DNA of 64,000 bases from Sphagnum compactum (taxonomy: Eukaryota), in contig OZ234493.1 in assembly GCA_965153455.1 (NCBI GenBank), positions 14,684,213-14,748,212 on the forward strand. The letters run 5' to 3'. This document shows positions 40,101 to 53,352 of this stretch, piece after piece (position 1 is the first letter of the stretch; each line of letters opens with the position of its first letter). The notes beneath the pieces are model-generated. The model ran no database searches and had not been told where the DNA came from. It saw nothing but the letters and a program-made list of their open reading frames with translations. Made by a program: the position numbers and the translations under genes.

Positions 40101-41631
40101 TAACATCATGCATGTTCATTGTAAAGCCCATTATCTTGTTATTAAACACTTTGAAAAATCACAAACATGAGGCCCTATGGCCGTACAAAAAAAAAAGTTA
40201 TATATTTTATATACATGATTTTATCCAATTTTTTCATCTAACTATTGGATGAAAATTAATTTTAACTCGAAATGAACTTTGAATTCCAAAATGTTGTCAT
40301 GCAAATTTTTAAGTTTTGTCCTTGTGTTTAGGATAACCAAAGGATGCTATCAACATTTCAACGTACTATGTACCATTGTGACCAAATAGTAGGTCACTAC
40401 ACCAATGTGAACACAACGGGTTTTGAGGCTTGATTTGTGTTTTGTTAGCCGCCATGATCTTGGCGACGGAAATCTCTTCAGTACTGCTGCATGGGAGTGC
40501 ATGGGGAGGTCTCTCTGGGTGTGAGTGATTTGAAGGACAGGAGAAAAGCGGTGCAAATAATGGTGACGAGTGGAGCTGCATTAATGGGCGGAGGTAAAGG
40601 GAATGATGGCGGCTGAGTAAGGAAGAAGGGAAGCTTGTGATAGAAGTTTAAGAAAGCAAGCAGATAAGTTTGGAGGATAGCCAGAGGTTGAGGAGGAGGA
40701 GATGAGGAGTTTTTTTTTTTTGGTTTTTGGTTTAGAGCAGTGTCGAGTGTGGCAGAGAACTCAGAGATGCACAGATAAATAAATCCAGATGTCTGTTTTG
40801 GAGAACAACTTGGCTGAGCTGTTGAAATTTTTCCGCTGCGCCAGCAACTTGGCTGAGTAGTTGTTTGATTTCTGATGAACACACTGGAATGAGGAAACTT
40901 GTACTCGCTGGTTAGTTTGTAAATGAAGATGTGAGTTCTGGTTTCTGTGATCACATCTATCGATTTTGTGTGAGTATCAGTTGTGTCTGTGTGAAGATCA
41001 GAGAATGTGTGTGAGAACATTTTGAGACGAAGAGTGAGAGAAAATCAAGGGTATGTGGTTGGATTCAGAATCCTAGAGAACTCAACTCTAGGTAGATCCA
41101 TCAGGTGTTTTAGGTTGGTTGTAGAGTCCAACACTCTCTTTTTGGTTACACCATGACACTTGTTATATATTACTTTTTTTTTGGTGAAAAGTGGCTCACC
41201 TTTAATATCCTTTCACCCTTGTTTGTTGGAGTGCATGGTATTGAGAACTTTAGTGGGAATCCAAAGTTTTTCTTTTCAAATTTGTGATTTAGCTAAGGTG
41301 ATGATCATCCATAAGCCAATTTAGCCAAATTTGGCTATAAACAAAACATGAAAAGAGAAATTCAAACATCCTTATATGTATTTGGCTACCTCTGGAACCA
41401 TGTATAGAAATCTAGTGGTTTTTCTAGATCCCTACTTTGGTGAATTTTTGGTAAAAAAATCATTGAATTTGTGAAACAAAAAAAGAAAAAAAGGTTGGAT
41501 CATGATGCCTTAATGTCACAGCAGTTTCACTCATGCAAAGAATTTGACTACCTACTCCTACACTGGTAACTTAACCTTCTTGAGTGGGGCTTTAGGTGAA
41601 CTAGCACCCACATTGGTACTATGCTAAAAAT

Positions 41632-41895
41632 TCCAAAATCCATTTAAATTATTTCTAAATATGTGTAATATTTAAAATATTATATCCTACTTATCATATT
41701 ATTTTTTAAATAGGATAAATAGAATATCTTTTTTTAATCCTATTTAAAATATTATAATAAGTAGGATATAATATTTTAAATAAGTATATAAATATTTAAA
41801 ATATTTAAAATAAGTATATTAATATTTAAAATATTATATCCTACAAATATTATGCCATACTTATATATCCAAAATCCATTTAAATTATTTCTAAA
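41632..41895. repeat. AT-rich fold-back (41669-41782) bracketed by a perfect 28-bp direct repeat
   Basis: TCCAAAATCCATTTAAATTATTTCTAAA at 41632 and 41868; perfect 26-bp inverted arms at 41669-41694 and 41757-41782. Confidence 0.9.
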
Positions 41896-44489
41896 CCCAT
41901 GCTTACACTATATCAGGCTCCCTGAGTTCAAATATAATGTTTTTCCTCTTTCCTTATTCCATATGCTTCTTGCAACTAGAAGGGGTTCGGGAACTTGATG
42001 TTCCCATTTTGGTTCACCCTCTTGGGTGGTTCTTCATTTGCCTTCTTGGGCATGGGTCCTTCCATTTTGTTCCTTGTTTTTCCCCCTTTTTTGGGTGCTT
42101 TGGTTAATATATGGTTGGCAGGGTTTCATCATCAATTTTTGGGGCTTAATATGGCTACTAAGAGGCCTCACTCAAAAAGGTGAAGGTACATCAACATGGG
42201 TGCTGGCTATCCTCTAAAAGAAACCAAAATCCTTCAAGAGAATTTATAACTCTATAAAATAACTAATCTCAAGTTTCAACACCAAGCCAAAACATCATGA
42301 TCTTTCAAAAATCCTCACATAAAAATAGACCTATTATTATTACCAAAATTATTATTATTATTACCTATTATTAATAAAATAATAAAAAATTTGGGTCCAA
42401 AATCCATTAAGCTACTATACTTTATAATGAATCTAAACACAATAATATCCTTGACTGGCCAATAAATGACTTAGCTTTCATTAGTGTAGGCCTACAGATT
42501 GTGTAGTGAGACTTCAAGTGGTCTCTGGTTGTGTGAGTGGGGTCTTGTGCTATCTTTCTCGTTTGGCTTTTTGATGAAACTTGGCCTGTGTAGGGCACCT
42601 TGGCCTGTGTAGGGGCCATTTCATATTCTTATGGCCCATTGCGCCTTTTTTTTCCTTCTTTGCTGAGCCCTCCCTTTTGGGAGTGATTTTTTGCTCTTTC
42701 TGCAACCTTCCTTGGTTGCTTGCCTCTTTGGCTGTCGTGGGTAGTGTTGTCCATTTTTTATGTTTTGATTTAAATGGAAAGGGAATTCTAACTCTCAACA
42801 TAAGACTTTTTGCTCTCAACATTTGAGCATTGATTGTGGTTTGGGTTGATTTGGGTCGATTTAGGAGGGAAAAAATAAAAATAAAAATCCTCTTCTTTAT
42901 TATTTTTATTTTTTTCATTTCCTTTTTTCTCTTCTTCCTATTTATTAACCTTACCTACCTTTGACCTCTACTACCTATTGACCTTGTTACCTACTAACCC
43001 ACTAACCCTAACTTATTTAGAAACAAAATTGGTAGCACCTCTGTCTTTGTCGTCTTCTTACTTTTTATTTTTTTCTTCTCTTCATTTCTTTTTCTTTTTC
43101 TCCTCCTCACTCTATCACCTCCTTAGCTTGACACACCTCGCCCAAGCTCGTAGGCAAACTTGTTTGTTTTATTTTGGTTGTTGTTCTTTGCTATAGAAGA
43201 CAATGGTGAGTTGAGACTTATCATCATCATCATCATCTTTTTGTTTTTGTTGCAATAGACATCTTTGCTATTGAAGGAGCTTGAAGCTCCCCAACAATGG
43301 TGTCCTTTGGTCCTCATAAAATAATTTGAATTTTTTTTGGTTGGTGGTTATGGTTGGTTTGTTTTATAGGAAGAACACCATTGTGGGGGAGTGCCATGGA
43401 GGGGGGTGGAGGGGGTGCCATCATCATGAGCATTATTACCACCATCATTTACAACATGTAGATATCAAACCTTTTTTACTTTTTTTCAAATTTTGTTCTT
43501 GGGAAGGAAAAAGAAGAAGAAAAAAAAACCATGAAACCAAGGAAGAAGAAGAAAAAACCATGAGGAAAAAGAAGATTGAACTTTCAAAACAAAAAGAAAA
43601 AAGATGATTGATTTTTTTTTGAGTTTCATGTTTTTTTGTTCTATTTTCATATTATGTTTTTCTTTTTCTATTCTTGTTTATGTTTTTTATTTGGTCTTCT
43701 ATTTCTATAATTTTACATTTAATTTTAATTTTTTTTCTTTTTTTGTTATGTGAGTGTGTAAGATTTGTGACCACATGAATGGTGGGAAAAGGCATTATTT
43801 ACACTAATTGTTGAAGAAGGAAGTTCAAAAGGAGTTGTGGTTGTAGTTCAGCAACATGTTTCACTTGATACAACTCAAGTTGACTTGCAAATGCATGCTA
43901 AAAAGGGCTGATCAAGTGCAAGGAGTTGAATATCCTAGTTCCAATGATGTAACTCAATTGACATTATGTACTTTTGTTGTGGTGCCTTCTCACAAAATCA
44001 ATGAGTCCAATTTGATTGAAGAAAATGATGATCAGGGTGTATGAAGAAAAAATGGTCACATAATTTTTGTGTTCATTTATACAATTAGTAGACCTCTTTG
44101 TGAAACCTCAATTGTTTAAAGATTTTTTCTCACCTTTATGGAAAAATCTTTGAAGCAAAAAATGAATACTTAAATTGAATCTTTCAACTTCATACTTGTT
44201 TTGTTTCCTTTTGCAAGTTATGATGAAATTTATAGGAGAAAAACCCCAACCTTCAACTCATCATGAAATGGAGGTTGGGTTTTTTTTGGGGTTTTTGTTG
44301 CAATACCTAAAAACAATGGGGACAAATAAAGTTTAGGGTCTAGGGTTTATGCAATATCCACATTGATAGTAGTGTTAAATGTAAATTAATCATTTTGTTC
44401 ATTTCAATTTTAGTTGTTGGTTTGGGGGTAACCAAAATAGCCTCAAACACCTAAAACATTTTCAAAGGATTCAAATTAGGTTAGGGTGG

Positions 44490-45330
44490 GGTGGAAATGG
44501 ATGTGTAAACTCAACATGTGCTCCATTTCATATGTCCGAAGTGATTGCTCACCCAACATTTCAAAAATGTACATGATCTTATTGTAAAGAAAGACAAACT
44601 CAGTTGTTCTTCAACGTGTGAAGGGGGCCCATCACTAAGACCACATTTGGATGAATTCATAGATTTTAAACCATGTGCATATGATCCAATGGCAAAATGA
44701 CCAAAAGGGGACTATTTGAACTTGCACAAAGGTCCATGTGGAGTGAAATCACCTTTAGTCACTTGCAAAAAGGAAATCTAAGGTGCATAAACCCCTTTTG
44801 GTGTAGTTAGTTTTTGATTGACTTTTGCAAATCTTGGGCATTCAATTTTGAGATGTTGGGAATATCGCATGCAATGCCCACACATGCATTGAAAATGATA
44901 GGACTTGCAAACCTTCATCCACACCATACAATGTGTATATGTGAAAAGGTTAAAGATTGCGAGGGAGGGCATATATTGGGAATGAGAATAGAACAAAAAA
45001 TCCAAATTAAAAAAATCAACAAGATCATTGATTTCCATGGATAGTATGCCTTCATACCCACCCATTTAAAAGAAATTCATTATTTGGTTTAAGGTTTTTT
45101 GGAACGCCCATGTTAACTATGGGTTGTTACTTCAATATAAACATCATGGGATTAATAAAGACAAGTTTGTGGCAACCATTGTTCATCTTTATCTAGAGCA
45201 TTACCACATCTATACCCATTGGAACATGTAAAGAACGTGGTAAAGGTGACAACCTATTCCCGAACACTTGGGATGGGCAATGTGAACTGTAGTTTTAGAA
45301 AAGATTTTCCTTTGGATAGGGAGTAGGGCA
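44490..45330 (+). pseudogene. Decayed ORF of unknown family, probably transposon-borne
   Basis: Long protein-like frame with sparse stops (…ALKMIGLANLHPHH…IIDFHG*YAFIPTHL…DKFVATIVHLYLEHY…PEHLGWAM…). Confidence 0.4.
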
Positions 45331-46894
45331 TAAATAAGATTATATGTAGTGGATATTTGTTGGTTTTATAGATTCAACAATTTCCATTCACTAATCATGT
45401 ACATAAAGGCTAAGGTTTGCATTTGAGGACATGAACCCCTAAATGACATTTGAATATTTCTAAAGCAATTTTTTATACACCTTTTTATCATGGGCTCAAA
45501 AACATATTCTATTTTTGCATTATAATTTCACATGTGCATCGATCATTACAACTTAAGGATTTAAAGCAATATCTACATATTGTCTTATAAAATCCCCATG
45601 ACACAACAAATTTTTTGTAAAACCCAATTTGGCATTAAATACACATTAGGCTTTTGGAATTGTGTGTAGTACCTACATATGGGTCACAAAATATATTTTC
45701 ACATTTTAATAATAATATGTTATACCCCCATAAAGGTTGCAAAATAAGTATTGGGTAATTGGGGTTTCTATTCTTTTGAAGCCAAATGGATATTGCATTT
45801 TGGGACTATGTTTTCAATTTATTACCATGAACCAAAATTGAGTCATTTTCATTGACACCCATGTGCAGGTATTGCATAAGACATAGCCATTACTTTAGTG
45901 CACTACCCACATGTGAATCATGAAAATATATGTTAGTTTTGGGAACCCCAAACCATTTTAAACATGGTGGTTTGGGGTTGATGCAGGTATTGCATTGTAC
46001 AAAATCATTTTAAAAATGTAATACCCACATCCTAGGGTAGACCATAAATGCTCATGAGCAATACCCATATTAGTTTAAAATTTTAAACTCAAAACCTTAA
46101 ATAATCATAATGACAGGTCATGCTTTCAACATTAATAATTATACAAATGGAAAATGGAACAATCTTATAATATCTAATTAACCCTAAACCCTAAAAAAAT
46201 ATGCATATGAAAATTCCTCCCCAAAATCCAACCTAGGATTGATTTGAATTAGTACCAATAAAATGCAAAAATTCACAAACATTTTTATCTCCTAAATTTA
46301 AATTCATCAAGCCTATTATTTAATTAAATGAGGTAAATCATTAAATGGGTACCTATTACTTAATTAAATTATGTATGTCATGCATTAAATGGCCCAAAGT
46401 GAAAGATGGGATTAGAACTAACATCCAAAAAATTCCCACAATTGCAACACATTCACATTTGGGGCCAATACTTTATTGTCATCAAGGGTTTAATTATACA
46501 ACAATCTTTTGCATTTCAGCTCTTAATTTTAAAATGTTAAATGTTCAAGTTAGAGAAACAAAATTTCCATTCTTGTTTAATAACACGAAGTGGACATTAT
46601 TCTTTTGTTCATTTCTTTGTTTGAGCAAAAATAAATTATTTTTTAAATGGATTGAAACAATCAAAGTCTTGTTCTTAATGATTGGTGAAATTATAAGAGC
46701 TTTTAGTTTTGGGGTGTAATAAGTAGAAATATTCAATACAGATGGTGTTTTGTGCATTTGCAATATTTTTCATTATTCTTATGCATTCAAAATATTATGT
46801 TGTTAGCTTGTTAGTTTTTATACAAGTAAAATGAAATATTGATTATGAATTTCGATGGTGCAAGTCCCAAAACATCCAAGTTCAATAAAATTTT

Positions 46895-47420
46895 GTGTTA
46901 AAACAACAAAGGTGAAGGTAAGTTTACATGTACATGTGAGAAAATTCAAAACCAATGTACTCTAATTTTTTTTATGACATTTTATTTTGAATTTACATAG
47001 TTGTTTATAAATGAGATTGAAGCAATGTATACATTGTATTATTAATGTCATTGTCTTGTACATGTTTAAATCCTCCATAATAAACTTCAATATCTTCTAA
47101 CCTACTTATGAAAAATTGTGTTTGCCAAGACTAGATTACCATGCAATTAATGTACAACTAATAATCAACTACCTAGACAAATATCAAATATTCTTGTGCA
47201 TAAGAATATTAGGTTGTTAAGTTCCATATAACTAAAATGAATTATCGATTATAAACTTTGATGATGTAGGTCTCAAGAGATTCAAGTAATAGACTTTTAT
47301 GTAAAAACAATGAAAGTGAAGGTAAGTTTACACCTACATTTGAAAAAATTCAAAACCAATATACTCCAATTTTTCTTATATGACATGTTAACTTTGAATT
47401 AAAATGGTTGTTTGTAAATG
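46895..47420 (+). repeat. Diverged ~120-bp direct repeat (~46900-47012 and ~47303-47420)
   Basis: GTGAAGGTAAGTTTACA...AAAATTCAAAACCAAT.TACTC.AATTTTT appears twice. Confidence 0.8.
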
Positions 47421-48199
47421 TATAACTTGTAATTTAATCATTGCATTGCTATAGTGTGTTGTTTATAATGCATTTCAAAGATAAGTTAATGATGACATTA
47501 TGTGTGTTCTTTATTAGTTGCATTATACTATATATGTATGTTCATTGCTTGTTAATTGCATTATAGTTGCAAAAGACTCTTACTTAAATTTAGAATATGA
47601 ACATTAAATTACATAAAATTTTCATCATTTCACATTTGGTAGTTATTAAAGTATAGCCCAACTTTTGAATAGAAACAAGGTGGACCTCTTAACATTATAC
47701 ACCAATAGATAAATTGATAGGATGTTTGATAGTAATAATTTTAGCAAATATTAGCTTAACATTAGAAACAATGATAAAGTACATATCATTGGAAGTACCA
47801 TGGACAACTAAAGATGTTCATATGAATTGCATTTTCCAACCTTGAATATTAATACATACAATTGCATTATTGGAGCAAGATATTTGTCATTATTTATGTA
47901 ATGAATTTAATATGTAAAAATGTTTCATTGCAAAATTATCATTGTCAATTCTAGTATGCACAAAATAATACTATCCATAAATGGACATTATTTGCAAAAT
48001 AGTTTCATCAACCAATTGATAAGTTGCAATTTAAAATTACACTAATTGAATTCAAGTTATAACATTGGTGCCAATAGTTGGAAGATAGTTGCAATGGACA
48101 CAAATAAATTTCATTCATCAATGGATGAATGAAAAGTTGTACAATATTATGTTCATCCATGGCATTTGGATGAAAATTTGACACAAAAAACTAGTGGTA

Positions 48200-48491
48200 A
48201 AGTAGTTGTTAATAGGTTGGCACAACATGATATTACACATTGGCATTCCATTCATCCACGTGCATTTGCATGAGAAACTAATGTGGACATCTAGTTGCAA
48301 AGCAATTACATTTAGTTGCATGTATGTTAGTAATATACAATATTGTGTATGACCCTGGGTTGTTTGGTGCAACTATTGCAGATTGTTCAACAACATTCAT
48401 GGGGTAAATATGACATGAATTGTGATTGTCCACTACAACTCAAAAATTCAATTGCAAGATTAGTTGTAAAACCTTTGTTTCTTTCATACTA
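48200..48491. mobile_element. Right-end remnant of another CACTA-family element
   Basis: Clustered TAGTTGC/GCAACTA motifs ending in a degenerate TTTCTTTCATACTA; no left end identified. Confidence 0.4.
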
Positions 48492-48617
48492 TACATTCAA
48501 TGAATTAACAATGTGTTGATATCTTTTTGCTTAAATAAGGGATACAACTTTTTGGTGTTCCCAATTAGGTTGCCTAGGTTTTTTGATGGGTTTCATTTCA
48601 TTGTGGAATCATTGGTG

Positions 48618-49215
48618 GGTGAAAGCATGATCAAGTATACAATAAAAGTAGCTACGAGTAGTTGTAGTCATATTTTTACACATAAATACAAGAAAGTAGA
48701 ATCAAAATCTTTTCAATCATTGTCAAACCATCATGGTGCACAATATTGAATTTATAGTATGTTGTATACAAAGTTTGGAAAACTCTAGTGTACTAAATGT
48801 AAATCAAAAGTATTTTTGAAATTGATTGGTGGAATTGTGTTCAAAAATACTTTTACATTAAAAGATTAATATTTTATTACTTTTACCTTGGAAGTTGAAA
48901 GTGCATAAGTAAATTTTAGATGCCCATTAACCAAGAAAGTAAAAAATCCAATATTTCATCTACTTGAAGCCTATTTTGTTTTTTTGGGCAACCCAGAAAA
49001 TAAAAAAAATTCTATTTGCAATTTTTAGAAATCTACTTAAATCTACTTTAAATATGTGATTCTTCAATATCATTGACATAAATTCAAAAATATGTTCATA
49101 TTGATCATTAAACTAAATAATATCTTAAAATTTGAATATGTTAAGCATGATTTATGACTATTTTACATTTTTCTTCACAAGGATCACGAAATCTATACTT
49201 GATCATGCTTTCACC
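48618..49215. mobile_element. MITE (~600 bp) with the perfect 22-bp TIR GGTGAAAGCATGATCAAGTATA; a diverged relative starts at ~23303
   Basis: 48618-48639 is the exact reverse complement of 49194-49215, and 23303-23490 resembles the reverse complement of 49020-49215. Confidence 0.85.
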
Positions 49216-51353
49216 TTTGTCCCATTTAAAATTTTTTTGGCCCTTTGTTTCTTGATGGTGTGCCAAGTTGCAAAAAAATGTTTCTATTGATTTCAAAAAA
49301 TGCTCGTGCAATGCAATTTGATTGCAATGATTTATAATTTTGTTATTTTTTTCCTTCTAATAATGTTTTGATTTGTTCTTTCAATTGCAAAGGAGCATGG
49401 ATGAATGGAAAGTACTTGGTAGTTGAAAGGCATCATCATTGTTTTCGTAAACAACATTATTATCATATGCCTCCATATTGCATTTCTTCTGAGATTGTCA
49501 CTATCGTGACATTTCTTTTGCAATTGCTCTTATTCTTGTGCATGGAAATGTCATGTTTTTTTTATGAACAAGATTGCCCCCATTGTCATGTGCCAAAATG
49601 TCACTTTTTTTTGTGAGCATGAGTGTCATTGGTCTTTTCCAAGATTGTTGCATGTGAGATTTTTGCTATTGTGAAAGTTTGCAAATAATGTCGTTGCAAG
49701 CTTCAAGTTGCATGTCCTCAAGTTGCAGATGGTGGTAGGAGGTGGGGGTGTTAGTTACCATTGAATTTTTTGGAAAAAATTTTAGATATTAATTATCCAT
49801 GTTGAAATTTATTTTTTGGTTAAATCTTATGGTAACTAGATGTTGTTGTTAGCTTAGACTTAACTTGGCATGCCATGTCTACATCTACATAAGACACAAA
49901 ATTACATGACGTTGGATGTTTGGACACAAAGTTAAATTTGACATTTCTACCTTGGAGTTACCTTTGATTTACTTCTATGTGTGGCCCTCCCTTTAGAGTC
50001 CAAATTATGTAATTAGATAAGGTGATACAAATAGTTTTAACATGTGTTTGTCAAATAGTTTATTAATTGAAAAAACTATTTTGGAAAATATATGATTCTT
50101 GAAGATTCAATATTTTCCTTCACATATTTTTTAACATTTGAACACTTATTTTTCATAATTTCAAATTTTTTGAAAATAATATAATTAGGTGGAAACTACC
50201 AAGTTAGTAGGGTATGTTAAATTATATGGAAGTTTCTTTTTAGTAATTTCCCTTTTTTAATGCAATTATTTGCTATGAAATAAAAATTGTAAAAATTGGT
50301 AATTACTAAGGCAACTTCAACACATGTCTATCAAATAACTAATCAATTTTGAAGATTCCATGTTGTTGTAAATATATTATTCCTTAATATTCCAAAAAAA
50401 TCTATTTCCTTCACAAAAAAAATTTCTTAAAAAGGTTCAACATTTATTCAAATAATATAAATAAGGTAAAACTACCCATCACCGAGATCACTACCCTATT
50501 GCCGAACATATATTTAGATCTTTGTCATTTGTCCTTCATTTTGAGTGATTTAAAATGCTATGGGAGTGCTATCTCAAGCTCTAGAAATCATTTTTGAAGT
50601 GCAAAGGAAAAGGAGAAATGATAAAATAGCAAGAAGAAAAATAAGCTTTCCAACTTACAAAATGTGTTTTTTTTTTTTTTCCTTCTCTATGGACCCCTCT
50701 TACTTTCAAAGCTTATAACTTTCTTCTTTCTTGCTCATTTTAAAGGATTTTAAGTTCTTTAGGATCCCACCTTGAGTTCTACAAATTATGTTGGAACTCT
50801 AATAGTAAGAGAGCAACATACAAGGAATGTTTTGGGTTTAGGGTTTAGGAATCAGTGGTTTAGTTCTTTGAGGGGATCAGTGGTTCTTTGATTCTGATTT
50901 TCCCCAAAGAACTGGAACCAAGCAGTTCTCCAATTTTAAAATATTAAAAAAAAAAACCAGAACCCCAGGTTCTTAACAAAATATTCAAATAACCGGCGAA
51001 GACTGGAAAACTTCTTTAAAAGCACGGCAATAAGACAACAGAACCGGTGACTTACTTGTACTATGCACAAGAGGGTAGCAAGAAAGCAAAGTGAACAAAA
51101 TATTCGAGATCCACAGAAACGTCAAAACATGCCATTTTGGCTCAGCAAAGTTGTGCACCTGCTCCAGAAGAGTGTAATAAATATGATTTGATTTCTGCTC
51201 CCCATTTCTCATTGGCACATATCATTATGATTGGTCCAGGTGGTTTGCTATTAGTAGTCTCCCACCGATTTCTGGTCCCCAGTTTTACTTTTAGGGGCGG
51301 GGTTGCCAAAAGGGAAATAACTAAACTTGGACGTGAGAATTTTTTTTTGCTAG

Positions 51354-51775
51354 GTCACATTCTGAGCACCATTGGGGATGCTTTCATCATCAAGGGGAGG
51401 ATGCTTGTGGAAGATCTAGAAGTAGGAGTACTAACTTATATGCGATGTGTGGCCCTTGTATCGTTGACAGGTTCAGCTCAACCCACCATTTTGGAAGTTA
51501 TATGCACAAAAATGGAGTAAAAAGCAGCTCTTCTCTTTCTTCTTCAATTGTGTGTGTGTTTTTTTTATAATGAACTTAAGTACATTGTCATCAACCTGAC
51601 TCTTCCTTGCAACATTTTAGGTAGGAATGACATCAGCCGAGAAATTCAGGGTACATTGGAGACATTAGAATTATTAGAAGGGTTGAACTTTTAGGACACA
51701 CCAGGTGCACTTGCAGGTGGACAGAAAGTTGTTAACAAAAGTAGATATTTGGAAAGGTGTAAAGTCTCAATTTAG
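51354..51775 (+). pseudogene. Possible two-exon gene relic (exons 51354-51470 and 51621-51775)
   Basis: Polypyrimidine-AG acceptors, GT donors and a phase-compatible join; two TAG stops in exon 2. Confidence 0.3.
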
Positions 51776-52129
51776 GTAAGGTTGAGTATATATGCTAACT
51801 TTGAAGGATGGATATGCAAAAAGGAAGACTTGGAGAAGCAGAGTGGGGTGTGCTCGGAAACTATAAGTCAGGTGTATGTTAGGATTTGTTTTAATAATTC
51901 TTTTTTGAAACTAATGGAAAGAATCCATTGCTTTTGAGTATTAGTTAGATTTTTTTGACACTTGGATGTTAGTGTTGAGAAGAGGGTGTGGTTGAGGGTG
52001 TGAGATAGGGGCTTGTGGCAAACCCAAGAATTTAGTTAAGGCCACCTAAGTTTCTTCCACCTAACGTGTTGAGCAAAAGACCTTGTCATTTGCCCACTAT
52101 AGTGTGAGTGCTATTAATTAGTTCGGGGT

Positions 52130-53352
52130 GCCTCATAAGTCCAACTTTTGTTTTTTGCAATGATTTATTTTGATTGGTCGCTCGCAAAAAAAAGTTGAAA
52201 CTATGGAGGCTCCCCCAAAATAGAAGATTCTATTGAAAGATGGAGTGCCTCCCCCTTCGGCCCACCTATATAGGTGAGAAGGGGAGGACTTTGGGCAAAA
52301 CATATGGGATTGAAGTGAGGTGCTATTGGGAACGCCCTTGGGGAACAACATTGGGAACTTGAAGGGAACAAAAAGGAAACATGTTGGGAACAAAGGAAAA
52401 ATGAAAAAAATTCTCCCCTCATCCCGCCCACCCAAAACTTAAGAGTAAAAAAATCAAGGCACCTTGAGTGCATGCTTCAGCCTACCCATTGGCTGCATGT
52501 ATTTTTGATTTCCAAAACTGTTGGTCACCACTTTTGGCCTAGGCTAGGGTAAACTGGCCCATCACCGATTGCTTGCCATTGACCGAACATTTTGGCAGAT
52601 CTTTCTCAATTCTTCTCCATTTTGAGTGATTTAAAATGTTATAGGAACACTTTCTCAAGCTTTACAAAGCATCTTGAAAATGCAAAGTCAAAGGATCAGC
52701 CAAAAAAGAGCAGTAAACAAAATATGTTTTTTCAAATTGTAAAACATGTTTGTTTTCATTTTTCTTCATTTTGACCCCTCCTACTTTCAAACCTCATAAC
52801 TTTCTTATTTTTTAATCATTTTAAACAATTTAAAATGCCATAGGAGCACCACTTGAAGTTCTACAAATCATCTTGGAATTCTAATAACAATAGAGCAACA
52901 TACAAAGAAATTTTTTGCCTGACTGGGAACTGACTTATGTAATGTTCGATGATTTATTTTTTTGACTTCTTGACCCCCTCTACTTTGGGGCATTGTAACT
53001 TTCTCAATTTTATTCCATTTTTGACAATTTTTAGTGCGCTAAATGCACCAATAAGAGGGTTTCAAGTTTTGTTTGGACACCAAAAAACAACAGAGCCCTC
53101 CCATTGGACCTGGCCTGCTCTGAGCACTTAAATGTTTGGTCACCAGTTGGTTTACCCTAATGGCAGGAGTAACGATTGAATAACGAAGAAAAACAAAAAA
53201 CAACTTCCCCAAGGCCCCCTAAGAAAGAAAAAAACTAGGGCCCATCATGACTGCATGCTGAGCCTTCTCATTGCCTGCATGAAATTTCTATATCCAAAAC
53301 TGTTCATCACCATTTTTGGCTTGGGCTAATGGCTGGGTCAGTGATTTGGGGA
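52130..53352. repeat. Dispersed repeat with GGGAAC-rich units and a duplicated 3' module (~52410-52546 and ~53190-53350), split by a 611-bp insertion
   Basis: TGCATGCT..GCCT..CATTG.CTGCATG...CCAAAACTGTT..TCACCA.TTTTGGC present twice. Confidence 0.7.
52547..53157. mobile_element. Non-autonomous DNA transposon with GGGTAAAC TIR and TA target duplication; partial copies at ~50464-50830 and 63933-64000
   Basis: GGC-TA-[GGGTAAAC...GTTTACCC]-TA-ATGGC versus the empty paralogous site GGC-TA-ATGGC at ~53324-53333. Confidence 0.85.

Noticed and set aside
40665..40690. miR390-like sequence or target site
   Set aside because: Too many mismatches and indels, and no hairpin partner or second site seen
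41960..43700. ORFs of 60-122 aa and a possible LTR/DIRS-like repeat
   Set aside because: Biased low-complexity sequence; I could not define termini, a TSD or protein motifs
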